Shown one piece after another: positions 1 to 8,249 of a stretch of DNA of 32,000 nucleotides (within the stretch, counting starts at the first letter, position 1; each line of letters starts with the position of its first letter). Made by a program: the position numbers and the translations under genes. The DNA is taken from the NCBI GenBank assembly GCA_001799895.1, contig MGUI01000052.1, forward strand, positions 87,029-119,028, given 5' to 3'. The stretch comes from Elusimicrobia bacterium GWD2_63_28. Lineage in GTDB: Bacteria; Elusimicrobiota; Elusimicrobia; Elusimicrobiales; UBA9959. A model generated the notes under the pieces. That model was not told the DNA's origin, did not search any database, and worked only from the letters and a program-made list of their open reading frames with translations.

Positions 1-89
1 GCTGTTATGCGTCCCGCGCCCCTCCACGGCTATTATAGGAAAGATAAAGAGGGGATTCAGCCCGCGGCCCCGCCGCCCTGGCGGCGCCC

Positions 90-118
90 TTGCGAAGGGG
101 CGGCGTTTCTGGTATCAT
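90..118 (+). promoter_or_regulatory. Candidate sigma70-type promoter of the trpR-like/trpB/msrC operon
   Basis: -35-like TTGCGA (90-95), a 17-nt spacer, then a TGn-extended -10 (TG 110-111, hexamer TATCAT 113-118). It lies 33 nt upstream of the ATG at 151. Pattern match only. Confidence 0.45.
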
Positions 119-137
119 GTTTCTATGCATAGAAACA
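118..137. promoter_or_regulatory. Perfect 20-bp palindrome TGTTTCTATGCATAGAAACA; candidate operator overlapping the -10/+1 region
   Basis: The reverse complement is identical to the forward sequence (checked base by base). It starts at the last base of the putative -10 hexamer and covers the expected transcription start. The operator role is inferred. Confidence 0.5.
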
Positions 138-150
138 AAAGCGGGCGGCC

Positions 151-417
151 ATGAACGCGCTGAAGGAAGTCGCCGGGGCCCTGTGCGGCATCAATAACCC
201 GTCCCAGATGCGGAAGTTCCTGGCCGAGCTTTTTACGCCGGCCGAGCTGGAGGATACGGCCCTGCGCTGGCGGCTGTTGAAAATGCTCAAAGCCGGGCGC
301 ACCCAGCGGGAGATCGCCAGCGAGCTCAATATCAGCCTGTGCAAGATAACGCGCGGTTCTAAGATTTTAAAAGACCGCGATTCGGCTATTAATCAAATCT
401 TGGGAGAACTGAAATGA
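151..417 (+). CDS. TrpR-fold DNA-binding protein, YerC/YecD-like (Trp repressor family)
   Basis: 88 aa. It has a helix-turn-helix-like segment [24 protein letters not shown]. Size and pattern are typical of TrpR/YerC/YecD proteins. The stop overlaps the trpB start (ATGA at 414-417). Confidence 0.75.
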   Translation: MNALKEVAGALCGINNPSQMRKFLAELFTPAELEDTALRWRLLKMLKAGRTQREIASELNISLCKITRGSKILKDRDSAINQILGELK

Positions 418-1643
418 ATATTCTTAAAAATGACCAGCTGCCCGACGCCAGGGGATATTTCGGGGCTTACGGCGGCAGTTTCGTGCCGCCGCAGCTGCAG
501 GGCATACTCGACGAGATCACCGCGGCTTACCTCAAGCTCAAGGCTGAGCCCGCTTTCATAGCCGAGCTGGAGGGGCTGTACAGGGATTATGTGGGCCGGC
601 CCAGCCCGGTGTTTCTCGCGGCGCGGCTGTCGGCGGAAATCGGCGGGGCGGATATTTACTTCAAGCGGGAAGATCTCAACCATACTGGCGCGCACAAGAT
701 AAACCACTGCCTCGGCGAGGCCCTGCTGGCCAAACGCATGGGCAAGAAGAAGGTGATAGCCGAAACCGGCGCCGGCCAGCATGGCGTGGCGCTGGCCACG
801 GCCGCGGCCCTGCTGGGGCTGGAATGCGACATCTACATGGGCGAGGTGGACATACTCAAAGAGCACCCCAATGTCAGCCGCATGAAGATACTCGGCGCCA
901 GGGTGATCCCCGTGGCGGCCGGCCTGAAGACGCTGAAAGACGCCGTAGACGCGGCTTTCGAAGCCTACCTGAAGGACCCGGTCACGCAGTTCTACGCCAT
1001 CGGCTCCGTGGTGGGCCCGCATCCTTTTCCCATGATGGTGCGCGACTTCCAGGCCGTGGTCGGCCGCGAGGCCAGGCGCCAGATGCTTGAGCGGACGGGG
1101 CGCCTGCCCGACGCGCTGGTGGCCTGCGTGGGCGGCGGTTCCAACGCCATAGGCCTGTTCACGGCTTTCCTGGAGGACCAGGAGGTGCTGATGTACGGCG
1201 TGGAGCCGTCGGGGTTGAGCTTCAAGGACGGGGAGCACGCCGCCACGCTGACCAAGGGCAAGCCGGGGATACTGCACGGCTTTAAAAGCTATTTGCTGCA
1301 GGATGAGCAGGGCCAGCCGCAGAAGGTGTACTCCGTGGCCAGCGGCCTGGACTATCCCGGCGTTGGGCCCGAGCACGGCTACCTGAAGGATATCGGCCGG
1401 GTGCGCTACGAGTGCGCCTCCGACGCCGAGGCCATAGAGGCCTTCTTCACGCTGTCGCGCAAAGAAGGGCTGATACCGGCCATAGAAAGTGCCCATGCCG
1501 CGGCTTTCGCCCTGAAGCTGGCCGCCAGCCTCGGCAAAGGCAAAAATATCCTGGTGAACCTCTCCGGGCGCGGGGACAAGGACATAGACTTCGTGATAGA
1601 AAAATACGGGGCGGCTTACGGCGTCGGCCCCGCGGGGAAATAA
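414..1643 (+). CDS. trpB: Tryptophan synthase beta subunit
   Basis: 409 aa. It carries the PLP-lysine motif [18 protein letters not shown] and the glycine loop [10 protein letters not shown]-like GGGAGAA lies upstream. No trpA is adjacent. Confidence 0.93.
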   Translation: MNILKNDQLPDARGYFGAYGGSFVPPQLQGILDEITAAYLKLKAEPAFIAELEGLYRDYVGRPSPVFLAARLSAEIGGADIYFKREDLNHTGAHKINHCLGEALLAKRMGKKKVIAETGAGQHGVALATAAALLGLECDIYMGEVDILKEHPNVSRMKILGARVIPVAAGLKTLKDAVDAAFEAYLKDPVTQFYAIGSVVGPHPFPMMVRDFQAVVGREARRQMLERTGRLPDALVACVGGGSNAIGLFTAFLEDQEVLMYGVEPSGLSFKDGEHAATLTKGKPGILHGFKSYLLQDEQGQPQKVYSVASGLDYPGVGPEHGYLKDIGRVRYECASDAEAIEAFFTLSRKEGLIPAIESAHAAAFALKLAASLGKGKNILVNLSGRGDKDIDFVIEKYGAAYGVGPAGK

Positions 1644-1646
1644 AAT

Positions 1647-2123
1647 ATGGCCGAAGACCTGGCGGTGACCGGGGCGACCAAGGAAGAAAAATACCGCAGC
1701 CTGCTGGCCCAGGTAAAAGGGCTGACGGCGGGCGAGAGCGACGCCGTGGCCAACATGGCCAATATCTGCGCCGCCATCAAGTACGGCCTGGGCTATTTCT
1801 GGGCTGGCTTTTACCTGGTGAAGGGCGGCGAGCTGGTGCTCGGGCCTTTCCAGGGGCCGGTGGCCTGCACCCGCATCCGCAAGGGGCGCGGCGTCTGCGG
1901 CCAATGCTGGGAAAAGGGCGAGGCGCTCATCGTGGACGACGTATCGCGCTTCCCCGGGCATATAGCCTGCAGTTCGCGGTCCAAGTCCGAAATAGTGCTG
2001 CCGGTCAGGAACCGGGAGGGGCAAATTGTCGGTGTGCTGGATGTGGATCACGACGCCGTCGGGGCCTTCGACCAGACAGACAAGAGATGTCTGGAAGAAA
2101 TAGCCGCCCTCGCCGGGCTGTAG
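1647..2123 (+). CDS. msrC: GAF-domain free methionine-(R)-sulfoxide reductase (YebR/MsrC-like)
   Basis: 158 aa, single GAF domain. Motifs LGPFQGPVACTRIRKGRGVCGQCW and GHIACSSRSKSEIVLPV match the fRMsr cysteine pattern. It starts 4 nt after the trpB stop. Confidence 0.8.
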   Translation: MAEDLAVTGATKEEKYRSLLAQVKGLTAGESDAVANMANICAAIKYGLGYFWAGFYLVKGGELVLGPFQGPVACTRIRKGRGVCGQCWEKGEALIVDDVSRFPGHIACSSRSKSEIVLPVRNREGQIVGVLDVDHDAVGAFDQTDKRCLEEIAALAGL

Positions 2124-2148
2124 CCGGCCCCGGCGGGAAATGCAACAA

Positions 2149-2182
2149 CTGAACCCCGCGCTCTGGCGGGGTTCAGTTTTTT
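2149..2182 (+). terminator. Rho-independent terminator after msrC
   Basis: 11-bp perfect stem CTGAACCCCGC (2149-2159) / GCGGGGTTCAG (2166-2176), 6-nt loop, then TTTTTT (2177-2182). Confidence 0.85.
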
Positions 2183-2200
2183 GTCCGGCTGATGTTCCTG

Positions 2201-2761
2201 TTAAGGAACGAAGGCGAACTTTATGGTTATGACGCCCTTGCTCCACTCGCGGGCGTTCCTGCAGGCGAACTCCGCCACTTCGCGCAGGTCGGCGTAGAGC
2301 TCCTGGTTTGCCAGGCTGATCCTGGAAGAGTTGCGGACTACTATGAGGATCCTGTTGTTGTGGTGTATGCCCGGCAGGTCGCCGATGAAGTCTATCATCG
2401 CGTCCCAGTTCTCCGGCACGCCGGGCAGGCGCAGCGTCCTGGTGGTGTAGTCCAGCAGGGCCGGCTTGGTGGTCATCTTCGCCCCGTCCAGGCTGAACAC
2501 GGCGTAGCCGTTGGTCTGCGCGTAGTTGGACAGGAAGTCGGCGTAGACCGGGCTCAGGTCGAGCACGTCCGAGGCGAGCGACTTTTCGGCCTGGTACTTC
2601 TGAAGGTCGATGAGGGGCTCCGGTACGGGAACCTCCGCCACCTCGATTTTAAGGCCGGCTGTTTGGGCCAGCAGGGCGCTCAGGGCGCCGTTAGCCTGGC
2701 CTGCATGCGCCGCGCAGGACAGGAACAGGGAGATAGCGATAACGTTCGATACGAGTTTCAT
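2201..2761 (-). CDS. Exported protein with a C-terminal barstar-like (ribonuclease-inhibitor family) domain
   Basis: 186 aa. The N-terminal signal peptide is MKLVSNVIAISLFLSCAAHA. The C-terminal half (LDGAKMTTKPALLDYTTRTLRLPGVPENWDAMIDFIGDL...ILIVVRN) follows the barstar core pattern (lP..g.NlDAl.D.l.dl). Recognised by eye only. Confidence 0.55.
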   Translation of the reverse strand: MKLVSNVIAISLFLSCAAHAGQANGALSALLAQTAGLKIEVAEVPVPEPLIDLQKYQAEKSLASDVLDLSPVYADFLSNYAQTNGYAVFSLDGAKMTTKPALLDYTTRTLRLPGVPENWDAMIDFIGDLPGIHHNNRILIVVRNSSRISLANQELYADLREVAEFACRNAREWSKGVITIKFAFVP

Positions 2762-2990
2762 AATAGCAGTAGCCTCCGAATATAAGTTTCTATATTCCGA
2801 TACTTTGTGCTAAGTTCCGTTTTTAGGTGGGGGAAACTTAACGCGCCTTCCGATATTATCCTGGAAGGACATCGCCGTAGCCGGTAGTTTTGGTGATTTA
2901 TGGATACCGGGCAGCTTGTAAGATACGGTAAACGCTGAAGTCTTACGTGAAGTATTACTATTATATCAAATCAGGTCCGCGGCCGTGAAT

Positions 2991-2999
2991 TGTTATAAT
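2991..2999 (+). promoter_or_regulatory. Extended -10 promoter element (TGtTATAAT) for the DJ-1/cytochrome b5 pair
   Basis: Exact TGnTATAAT at 2991-2999, in a roughly 260-bp AT-richer intergenic region. It lies 21 nt upstream of ATG 3021. The -35 is weak. Confidence 0.5.
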
Positions 3000-3020
3000 T
3001 TACGAGGGCGAGGAGGAGTC

Positions 3021-3527
3021 ATGAAAAAAATAGCGGTCTTCATAGCTTTCCAGGGTTTCCGCGACGAAGAGTACGTTGAGCCGAAGAAGGCGCTCGAAGC
3101 CGCCGGCCACCAGGTAGTCACGGTCTCCACCGCCAGGGGCGAGGCCCGCGGCAAGTTCCGCGTGACCGCGCAGGTGGACAAGACGGTGGACGAGATAGAT
3201 CCCGCCGATTACGACGCGCTGGCGCTGGTGGGCGGTCCGGGCGCGCTGGAGCATTTGGATAACCCCAAGGTGCACGCGCTCTTTAAAAAAGCTACGGAGC
3301 TGGGCAAGGTGATAGGCGCCATCTGCATCTCGCCGGTGGTCCTGGCCCACGCCGGCCTGCTGAAGGGCAAAACCGTTACCTGCTGGCCGGACGGCGCCGA
3401 AGAAGTGCGCAAGGGCGGCGGCAACTATACAGGCTCGGACCTGGAGATAGACGGCAGGCTGATAACCGCCAGCGGCCCCGTTCCGGCGAAGAAATACGGC
3501 CAGGCCATAGCCGAGGCTTTGAAATAA
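3021..3527 (+). CDS. DJ-1/PfpI family protein (class I glutamine amidotransferase-like)
   Basis: The ORF track starts at 2985, but ATG 3021 is preceded by AGGAGG (3011-3016). The protein MKKIAVFIAFQGFRDEEY... has the nucleophile-elbow cysteine GAICISPVVLA, typical of DJ-1/PfpI. Confidence 0.88.
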   Translation: MKKIAVFIAFQGFRDEEYVEPKKALEAAGHQVVTVSTARGEARGKFRVTAQVDKTVDEIDPADYDALALVGGPGALEHLDNPKVHALFKKATELGKVIGAICISPVVLAHAGLLKGKTVTCWPDGAEEVRKGGGNYTGSDLEIDGRLITASGPVPAKKYGQAIAEALK

Positions 3528-3540
3528 AAGGAGAATTAAA

Positions 3541-3957
3541 ATGAAAATACTGACAGCTTTATTAATGACGGTCATGCTGGCGGGCTCTGCCGCCGCGGCG
3601 GAGAAGAAGTCAGCGGAAAAGGACGCCTGGAAAAAGCGGGTGTTCACCGCCGAGGAGCTGCAGAAGTACAACGGCAGGGACGGCCAGCCGGTCTACGCGG
3701 CCGTGGACGGCATCGTTTACGACCTGAGCAAGTCCAAGTACTGGAAGACCGGCACGCATATGAAGCAGCACGAAGCCGGCGCCGACCTTAGCGCCGATAT
3801 CCACGAGAAAGCCCCGAAGGGCATACACAAGGACGGCAAGATCCTCAACAAGATGCCCAAGGTGGGCGTGACCGAAGAGTATGCGAAGAAAAAGCCGGAA
3901 GCTTCCGCGGTGAAGGAAAAGGCCGGCGCTCCGAAAGAAAATAAGGTCAAGAAATAG
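3541..3957 (+). CDS. Exported cytochrome b5-like heme/steroid-binding domain protein
   Basis: 138 aa with signal peptide MKILTALLMTVMLAGSAAAA. The core FTAEELQKYNGRDGQPVYAAVDGIVYDLS..YWKTGTHM.QHEAG.DLS matches the cyt-b5/MAPR-like pattern. AGGAG lies upstream. Confidence 0.75.
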   Translation: MKILTALLMTVMLAGSAAAAEKKSAEKDAWKKRVFTAEELQKYNGRDGQPVYAAVDGIVYDLSKSKYWKTGTHMKQHEAGADLSADIHEKAPKGIHKDGKILNKMPKVGVTEEYAKKKPEASAVKEKAGAPKENKVKK

Positions 3958-3971
3958 GCGGAAGGCTAATT

Positions 3972-4003
3972 AAAAAACCCGGGCGCGTCGGCCCGGGTTT
4001 TTT
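3972..4003. terminator. Bidirectional Rho-independent terminator between convergent operons
   Basis: AAAAAA (3972-3977), stem CCCGGGC (3978-3984) / GCCCGGG (3991-3997), then TTTTTT (3998-4003). It sits between the stop at 3957 (+) and the stop at 4017 (-). Confidence 0.85.
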
Positions 4004-4016
4004 ATTGCCGCCGGCC

Positions 4017-5861
4017 TCAGTCCGGCTGCTGCGCCAGCGGGGCTTTTATTTTTTCAGATGCCTCGGCCGCGCGGGCGCGCACATATTGGGAGCGGTGCTG
4101 CTCCAGACCCTTCAGCCGCTGCAGCGCCGTAGCCGCCTCTGCGCCCATGCTGCCCAGGGCGCGGGCGGCGCACATTACCACGAAATCGTCGGTGTCTTCC
4201 AAGGCGGTCTTTAGCACAGGCAGGCCGGTGGAACCCAGCCGGGCCAGGGCGGCCGCGGCTTCCACCGAAAGCGGGTATTCCCCGCGGCGGAGAGTTTCTT
4301 GCAGCGGCTTAACCGCCGCCGGACCTATGTTTGCCAGCGCGCCGGCCGCCGCCCGCGCCAGGTGCTTGTCGCCGGCGAGCTTGCCGATCAGGGCGGGCAC
4401 GGCCTCTCCGGCTTCCGGCCCCATTATGGCCAGGGCCTCCAGGGCGGCGTACGGCATCCTGGAGCGCTTGGAGTCCAGAGCGGCGATAAGTTCCGGGAGG
4501 GCACCCTTCTCCGCCGGGCCTATGCTGGCCAGCAGGCCGCGGAAATCGTCCCCGTAGATCTCGCTGCTTCGGCCCTGCGCGCGGACCAGCACGGGTACGG
4601 CTGACCTGGCGGCGGGGCCTATCGCGCCTAAGGCGTAAGCGGCGTTATCCCTGACCTTCACCTCTTCGTCCTCCAGCGCCGTGACGAGCTGCGGGAGATA
4701 CTCCACCGCCGCGGGCCCCAGCTTTATCAGCCCCCAGGAGGCAAAGATCCGGTCGTTAGCTTCCGGGCTCTTCAGGGCCGCGGCCAATTCCGCGGCTAAG
4801 CCTCGCGTATCGGGGGCTATCGCCGCCAGCGCGCCGGCCGCAAAGGCCCGCGCCGAAGGGTCTTTATCTTCCAGCGCCTTCTCAAGCGCCGGCACCGCTT
4901 CCGCGGCCGGCAGCCCCCGGCGGGACAGGGCCCCGGCGGCGTCGGTGCGGGTCCTGAGGTCGGGGTCCGAAAGCAGCCTGGCCAGCTCCGCTACGATACC
5001 GGGCGTGGCCGGGGACAGTTTTGCCAGCGTGATGGCGGCCGCGCCGCGCACGTCCGGGTCCGCGTCGCCCAGCGCTACCGTCAGGGCCTGCGCCGCCCCG
5101 GCCGGGGCTCTTTCGGTGAAGGTGAAATAAAGCGCCGCGCAGCGGCGGAGATAATTGTCCGGCGAGGACAGCAGTTTGAATATTTCCGGGTTCACTCTTT
5201 CAGGGGGAAACTTGCCCAGGGCGGACGTGACCCTGGCGCAAAGCTGGTAGGGCGCGCCGCTGAACAGCCCGAGGAGCGCGGGCACCGGGTCGGCCTTTTC
5301 CATCCGCAGCTCGCCCAACGCCCAGATGGCGTTCTCCCGCACCTTCTCGTCCTTGTCCTTGAGCAGGTTCAGTATTTTCTGCTCGTCCTTTTCTTTGTGG
5401 TAATGGGTTTTCCCGATCACGTACAGGGCCCGGCCCCTGGCGCCCGCGCTTTCGGAAGCCAGCTCTTTTATAAGGTCGTCGTACGGGTTTATGTCGGCCA
5501 GCGCTTCGGCGGCCGCCAGGCCGAAAGCCTTGTTCTTGTCGCCCATGGCCTCAATAAGTTTTTTCACGCCGCTCGCGGGGAAGGGCTCCATGTGGCCCAG
5601 CGCCCAGGCCGTCACCTCCCTGACTTCCCAGTCCGGGTCTTTAAGGGCCTCTATGAGCGGGGGCACGGCCGCCTCCGGGCCAGCGGCCTTAAGCTTGTAC
5701 ATGGCCGCCAGCTGCGCGTCCCCGTCCCCGGTCCGCGCGGCTGCCTTAAGTTCCTCCGCGGCGGCGGCGGGGTTCAGCTGTTCGAGCACGGCAGTTCCGG
5801 CCGCCGAAGCCGGGAGGCAGGCGGAAAGAAGCCAGGAGAAAAAAAACAGGGCAGAGTTCAT
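4017..5861 (-). CDS. Exported HEAT-repeat (PBS-lyase HEAT-like) protein
   Basis: 614 aa with signal peptide MNSALFFFSWLLSACLPASAAG. It contains many roughly 31-aa repeats of the type AVPALIEALKDPDWEVRxxAAxALGxIG. SD GGGAGAAAA lies upstream. Confidence 0.85.
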   Translation of the reverse strand: MNSALFFFSWLLSACLPASAAGTAVLEQLNPAAAAEELKAAARTGDGDAQLAAMYKLKAAGPEAAVPPLIEALKDPDWEVREVTAWALGHMEPFPASGVKKLIEAMGDKNKAFGLAAAEALADINPYDDLIKELASESAGARGRALYVIGKTHYHKEKDEQKILNLLKDKDEKVRENAIWALGELRMEKADPVPALLGLFSGAPYQLCARVTSALGKFPPERVNPEIFKLLSSPDNYLRRCAALYFTFTERAPAGAAQALTVALGDADPDVRGAAAITLAKLSPATPGIVAELARLLSDPDLRTRTDAAGALSRRGLPAAEAVPALEKALEDKDPSARAFAAGALAAIAPDTRGLAAELAAALKSPEANDRIFASWGLIKLGPAAVEYLPQLVTALEDEEVKVRDNAAYALGAIGPAARSAVPVLVRAQGRSSEIYGDDFRGLLASIGPAEKGALPELIAALDSKRSRMPYAALEALAIMGPEAGEAVPALIGKLAGDKHLARAAAGALANIGPAAVKPLQETLRRGEYPLSVEAAAALARLGSTGLPVLKTALEDTDDFVVMCAARALGSMGAEAATALQRLKGLEQHRSQYVRARAAEASEKIKAPLAQQPD

Positions 5862-5881
5862 GGTTGGTTTTTCTCCCGGCC

Positions 5882-6571
5882 CTATTTTCTCATCTCGCCC
5901 GCCGAGCGGGGGGCCGGGTCCTTCCTGGCGCAGAGCGTGAGCTGGAAATTAACGAATTCATTCAGCGCGCCCGGCAGCTGCTTGCCGCTGAGGCCCCTGA
6001 GGATCTTTTTCGCCTCGCTGAAATTTGAGAGCCTGCGCAGCAATTCGGCCAGCAGGTATTGGCCTACCGGCCACTCCGGGGAGCCCTTCGCTATGCCCGC
6101 CATGTAGGTGTTAAGATGGAAGAAGGCCAGCCCCAGGTCCTCTTTGAGTTTAACGGGGTCGTTCTCTTCCTGCCAGGAGGCCTTCAGGTAGGCCTGGCCG
6201 ATATCCGCTTGATCGTGTGCGCCAGTTTTTTTATACAGGAAGGCCAACCTGTAATAACTGGAGCGCGCGCTCAAGGCTTTGTATCGGGGGGAGGCGGTGA
6301 TTTCGCGCATGGCGGCCAGGGCGCGCGGGCCGGCGGAACTGCCGTGCACCACGAAGCCGCACTCGGAGCAGACCGGCAGCGGGGACGGCGTAACCACCGC
6401 GCCCAGCGGCCTGAAATCCAGCCCCGTGTCGAAGACCGAGGCCGACATCTGCGCGTTGTGGAAAATGTCTGCCAGGCAGACCGGGCAGACCTTTGACTCC
6501 CCGGTCATCGTGGACGCCGCCGCGGGCAGGGCCGCCGCGGCGCACAGGGCCGCTAAAACAAAACATTTCAC
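5882..6571 (-). CDS. Exported hypothetical protein with a CxxC...CxxC zinc-ribbon and a helical C-terminal half (DUF2225-like by eye)
   Basis: 229 aa with a signal-like N-terminus MKCFVLAALCAAAALPAAAS. It carries CPVC ... CSEC pairs. The GTG start overlaps the aroA stop (GTGA, 6568-6571). Family assignment is tentative. Confidence 0.6.
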   Translation of the reverse strand: MKCFVLAALCAAAALPAAASTMTGESKVCPVCLADIFHNAQMSASVFDTGLDFRPLGAVVTPSPLPVCSECGFVVHGSSAGPRALAAMREITASPRYKALSARSSYYRLAFLYKKTGAHDQADIGQAYLKASWQEENDPVKLKEDLGLAFFHLNTYMAGIAKGSPEWPVGQYLLAELLRRLSNFSEAKKILRGLSGKQLPGALNEFVNFQLTLCARKDPAPRSAGEMRK

Positions 6572-7824
6572 TTCCTGCTCCCGGCGGGATAAAAGCCGAA
6601 AACTTTCTTGAAATCCTCCCAGAAGGCCGGGTAGGACTTGCCGACGCAGGCCGGGTTTTTTATCGCCAGGCCCGGGCAGGCCGCCAGCGCGGCGGCGGCG
6701 GCCATGGCCATGCGGTGGTCGTTGAAAGTGTCCGCCGGGGCGACGGGCCTGAACCTGCCCGCCCCTGTCACGAACAGGGTGCCGCCCCTGTAAGTGGCCT
6801 TGACGCCCAGCGCGGCCAGCAGGGCCAGCACGCTGTCCACCCGGTCGGATTCCTTGGCCTTCAAATTCTCTATGCCGCTGATCGCGGTGGTCCCCGCCGC
6901 TTTGGCGGCCAGCAGGGCCAGCAGCGGCACTTCGTCTATCATCGCCGGGATCTCGGCGGGAGTGATCTTTATCGCCGTCAGGGGGGAGGGAATTATTTCA
7001 ATTTCTCCGGACGGCTCCGGGAAGGTGTTGGTGATCTTCAGGGTGACCTTGGCGCCCATCCTCTGCAGCGCGGTGATGAAGCCGAGGCGCCTGGGGTTCA
7101 GGCCGCAACCGGTGATCCTGAGCGGCTGCCCGGCCAGCAGCGCGGCGGCTATGAACGGGGCCGCCGACGAGATGTCTCCGGGCACGGTGACCGGCCGGGA
7201 CGTCAAAGGGCCGGGTTCCAGCCTGAGGGCCGCGCCCTTCGTCGAGAGCTTCGCCCCCATCAGGACCAGCAGGCGCTCGGTATGGTCGCGCGTCGGGAAT
7301 TTTTCTTTCAGCTCCGTGGCGCCGGCGGCGTAAAGGCCGGCCAGCAGCAGGGCGGATTTCACCTGCGCGCTCTCCACGCCGGAAACCTTGCCGCCCTTCA
7401 GCTTCGCCGGCTTTATGGCCAGCGGCAGTTTGCCGCCCTTGCAGTCTATTTTAGCGCCCAGTTTTTTCAGCGCGGACGCGGTGGCGGCCATCGGGCGGTT
7501 CAGCAGCGTGCCGCGCCCGGTGATGGTTGAGGGAAAGGTCTGCCCGGCCAGGAGGCCGGCCAGCATGCGGGCCAGCGCGGCCGATTCTCCGGCGTCCAGC
7601 GGCGCGACCGGCTTTTTAAAACCTTTCAGGCCGCGGCCTTCTATCACCACGGCGTTGCCGTCGCGGCACAGTTTTACGCCCAGGGTTTCCAGGCAGAAGA
7701 TGGCCGCCTCGGTGTCAGCGCAATACAGCGGGTTCTCTACCCGCGCGGTACCGCTGCCGGCGGCGGCCAGCAGCAGGGCCCTTATGGTTATGGATTTGTC
7801 CGGCGGCGGGGTATAGGATTTCAT
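6568..7824 (-). CDS. aroA: 3-phosphoshikimate 1-carboxyvinyltransferase (EPSP synthase)
   Basis: 418 aa. Motifs: KSITIRALLLAA, LLNRPM, DHRMAMAAA. It overlaps aroQ by 4 nt. Confidence 0.93.
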   Translation of the reverse strand: MKSYTPPPDKSITIRALLLAAAGSGTARVENPLYCADTEAAIFCLETLGVKLCRDGNAVVIEGRGLKGFKKPVAPLDAGESAALARMLAGLLAGQTFPSTITGRGTLLNRPMAATASALKKLGAKIDCKGGKLPLAIKPAKLKGGKVSGVESAQVKSALLLAGLYAAGATELKEKFPTRDHTERLLVLMGAKLSTKGAALRLEPGPLTSRPVTVPGDISSAAPFIAAALLAGQPLRITGCGLNPRRLGFITALQRMGAKVTLKITNTFPEPSGEIEIIPSPLTAIKITPAEIPAMIDEVPLLALLAAKAAGTTAISGIENLKAKESDRVDSVLALLAALGVKATYRGGTLFVTGAGRFRPVAPADTFNDHRMAMAAAAALAACPGLAIKNPACVGKSYPAFWEDFKKVFGFYPAGSRK

Positions 7825-8249
7825 AGTTTTTTAGTCAGATAATTCAGCGCTTTAAAATAGGAGACCGGGCCCTCGCCCTTGAACTGGACCAGGCAGACGG
7901 GCTTTATCACCGAGACGCGGCGGAAAGGCTCGCGCTTGGAAATGTCGCTGAGGTGCACCTCCGCGGCGGGCAGGCACAGCGCCTCTATGGCGTCGCGGAT
8001 GGCGTAGCTGTAATGGGTGTAGGCGGCGGGGTTTATCACCAGCGCGTCGGCCCAGGGAGCGTTCTTTGTGAGCAGGTCTATAATTTTGCCTTCGGAATTG
8101 CTCTGGAAGATCCGGACTTTAACGCCGAGGCCGGCCGCGTGCTTCTTTATGGCGGCGTTGAGCTGCGGCAGGGTGGCCTGACCGTAAATTTCAGGATCGC
8201 GCCTGCCGAGCAGGTGCAGGTTGGGGCCGTGTATCACCAGGATATTCAT
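7821..8249 (-). CDS. aroQ: Type II 3-dehydroquinate dehydratase
   Basis: 142 aa. Motifs: ILVIHGPNLHLLGRRDPEIYG, INPAAYTHYSYAIRDA. Confidence 0.93.
   Translation of the reverse strand: MNILVIHGPNLHLLGRRDPEIYGQATLPQLNAAIKKHAAGLGVKVRIFQSNSEGKIIDLLTKNAPWADALVINPAAYTHYSYAIRDAIEALCLPAAEVHLSDISKREPFRRVSVIKPVCLVQFKGEGPVSYFKALNYLTKKL

Noticed and set aside
71-86. GC-rich inverted repeat CGCCGCC..GGCGGCG upstream of the trpR-like promoter, considered as a terminator
   Set aside because: The loop is too tight (2 nt), no U-tract follows and no upstream gene is visible in the window. It is not distinguishable from GC-rich background.
393-2246. 617-aa minus-strand ORF spanning trpB and msrC, plus similar antisense or out-of-frame ORFs at 824-1090, 992-1261 and 1412-2152
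   Set aside because: It lies antisense to two genes with unmistakable conserved motifs. The translation is R/G/A/P/H-rich low complexity with no recognisable domain. This is the typical stop-codon-poor shadow ORF of GC-rich DNA.
2973-2983. An 11-nt match GGTCCGCGGCC between the DJ-1 promoter region and the 5' end of the hairpin RNAs, with related TTCCGCGGCC at 18451-18460
   Set aside because: The CCGCGGCC core recurs in ordinary coding sequence here (for example about 4899-4908) because of GC-rich Ala/Arg codons. The match is too short to separate from background.
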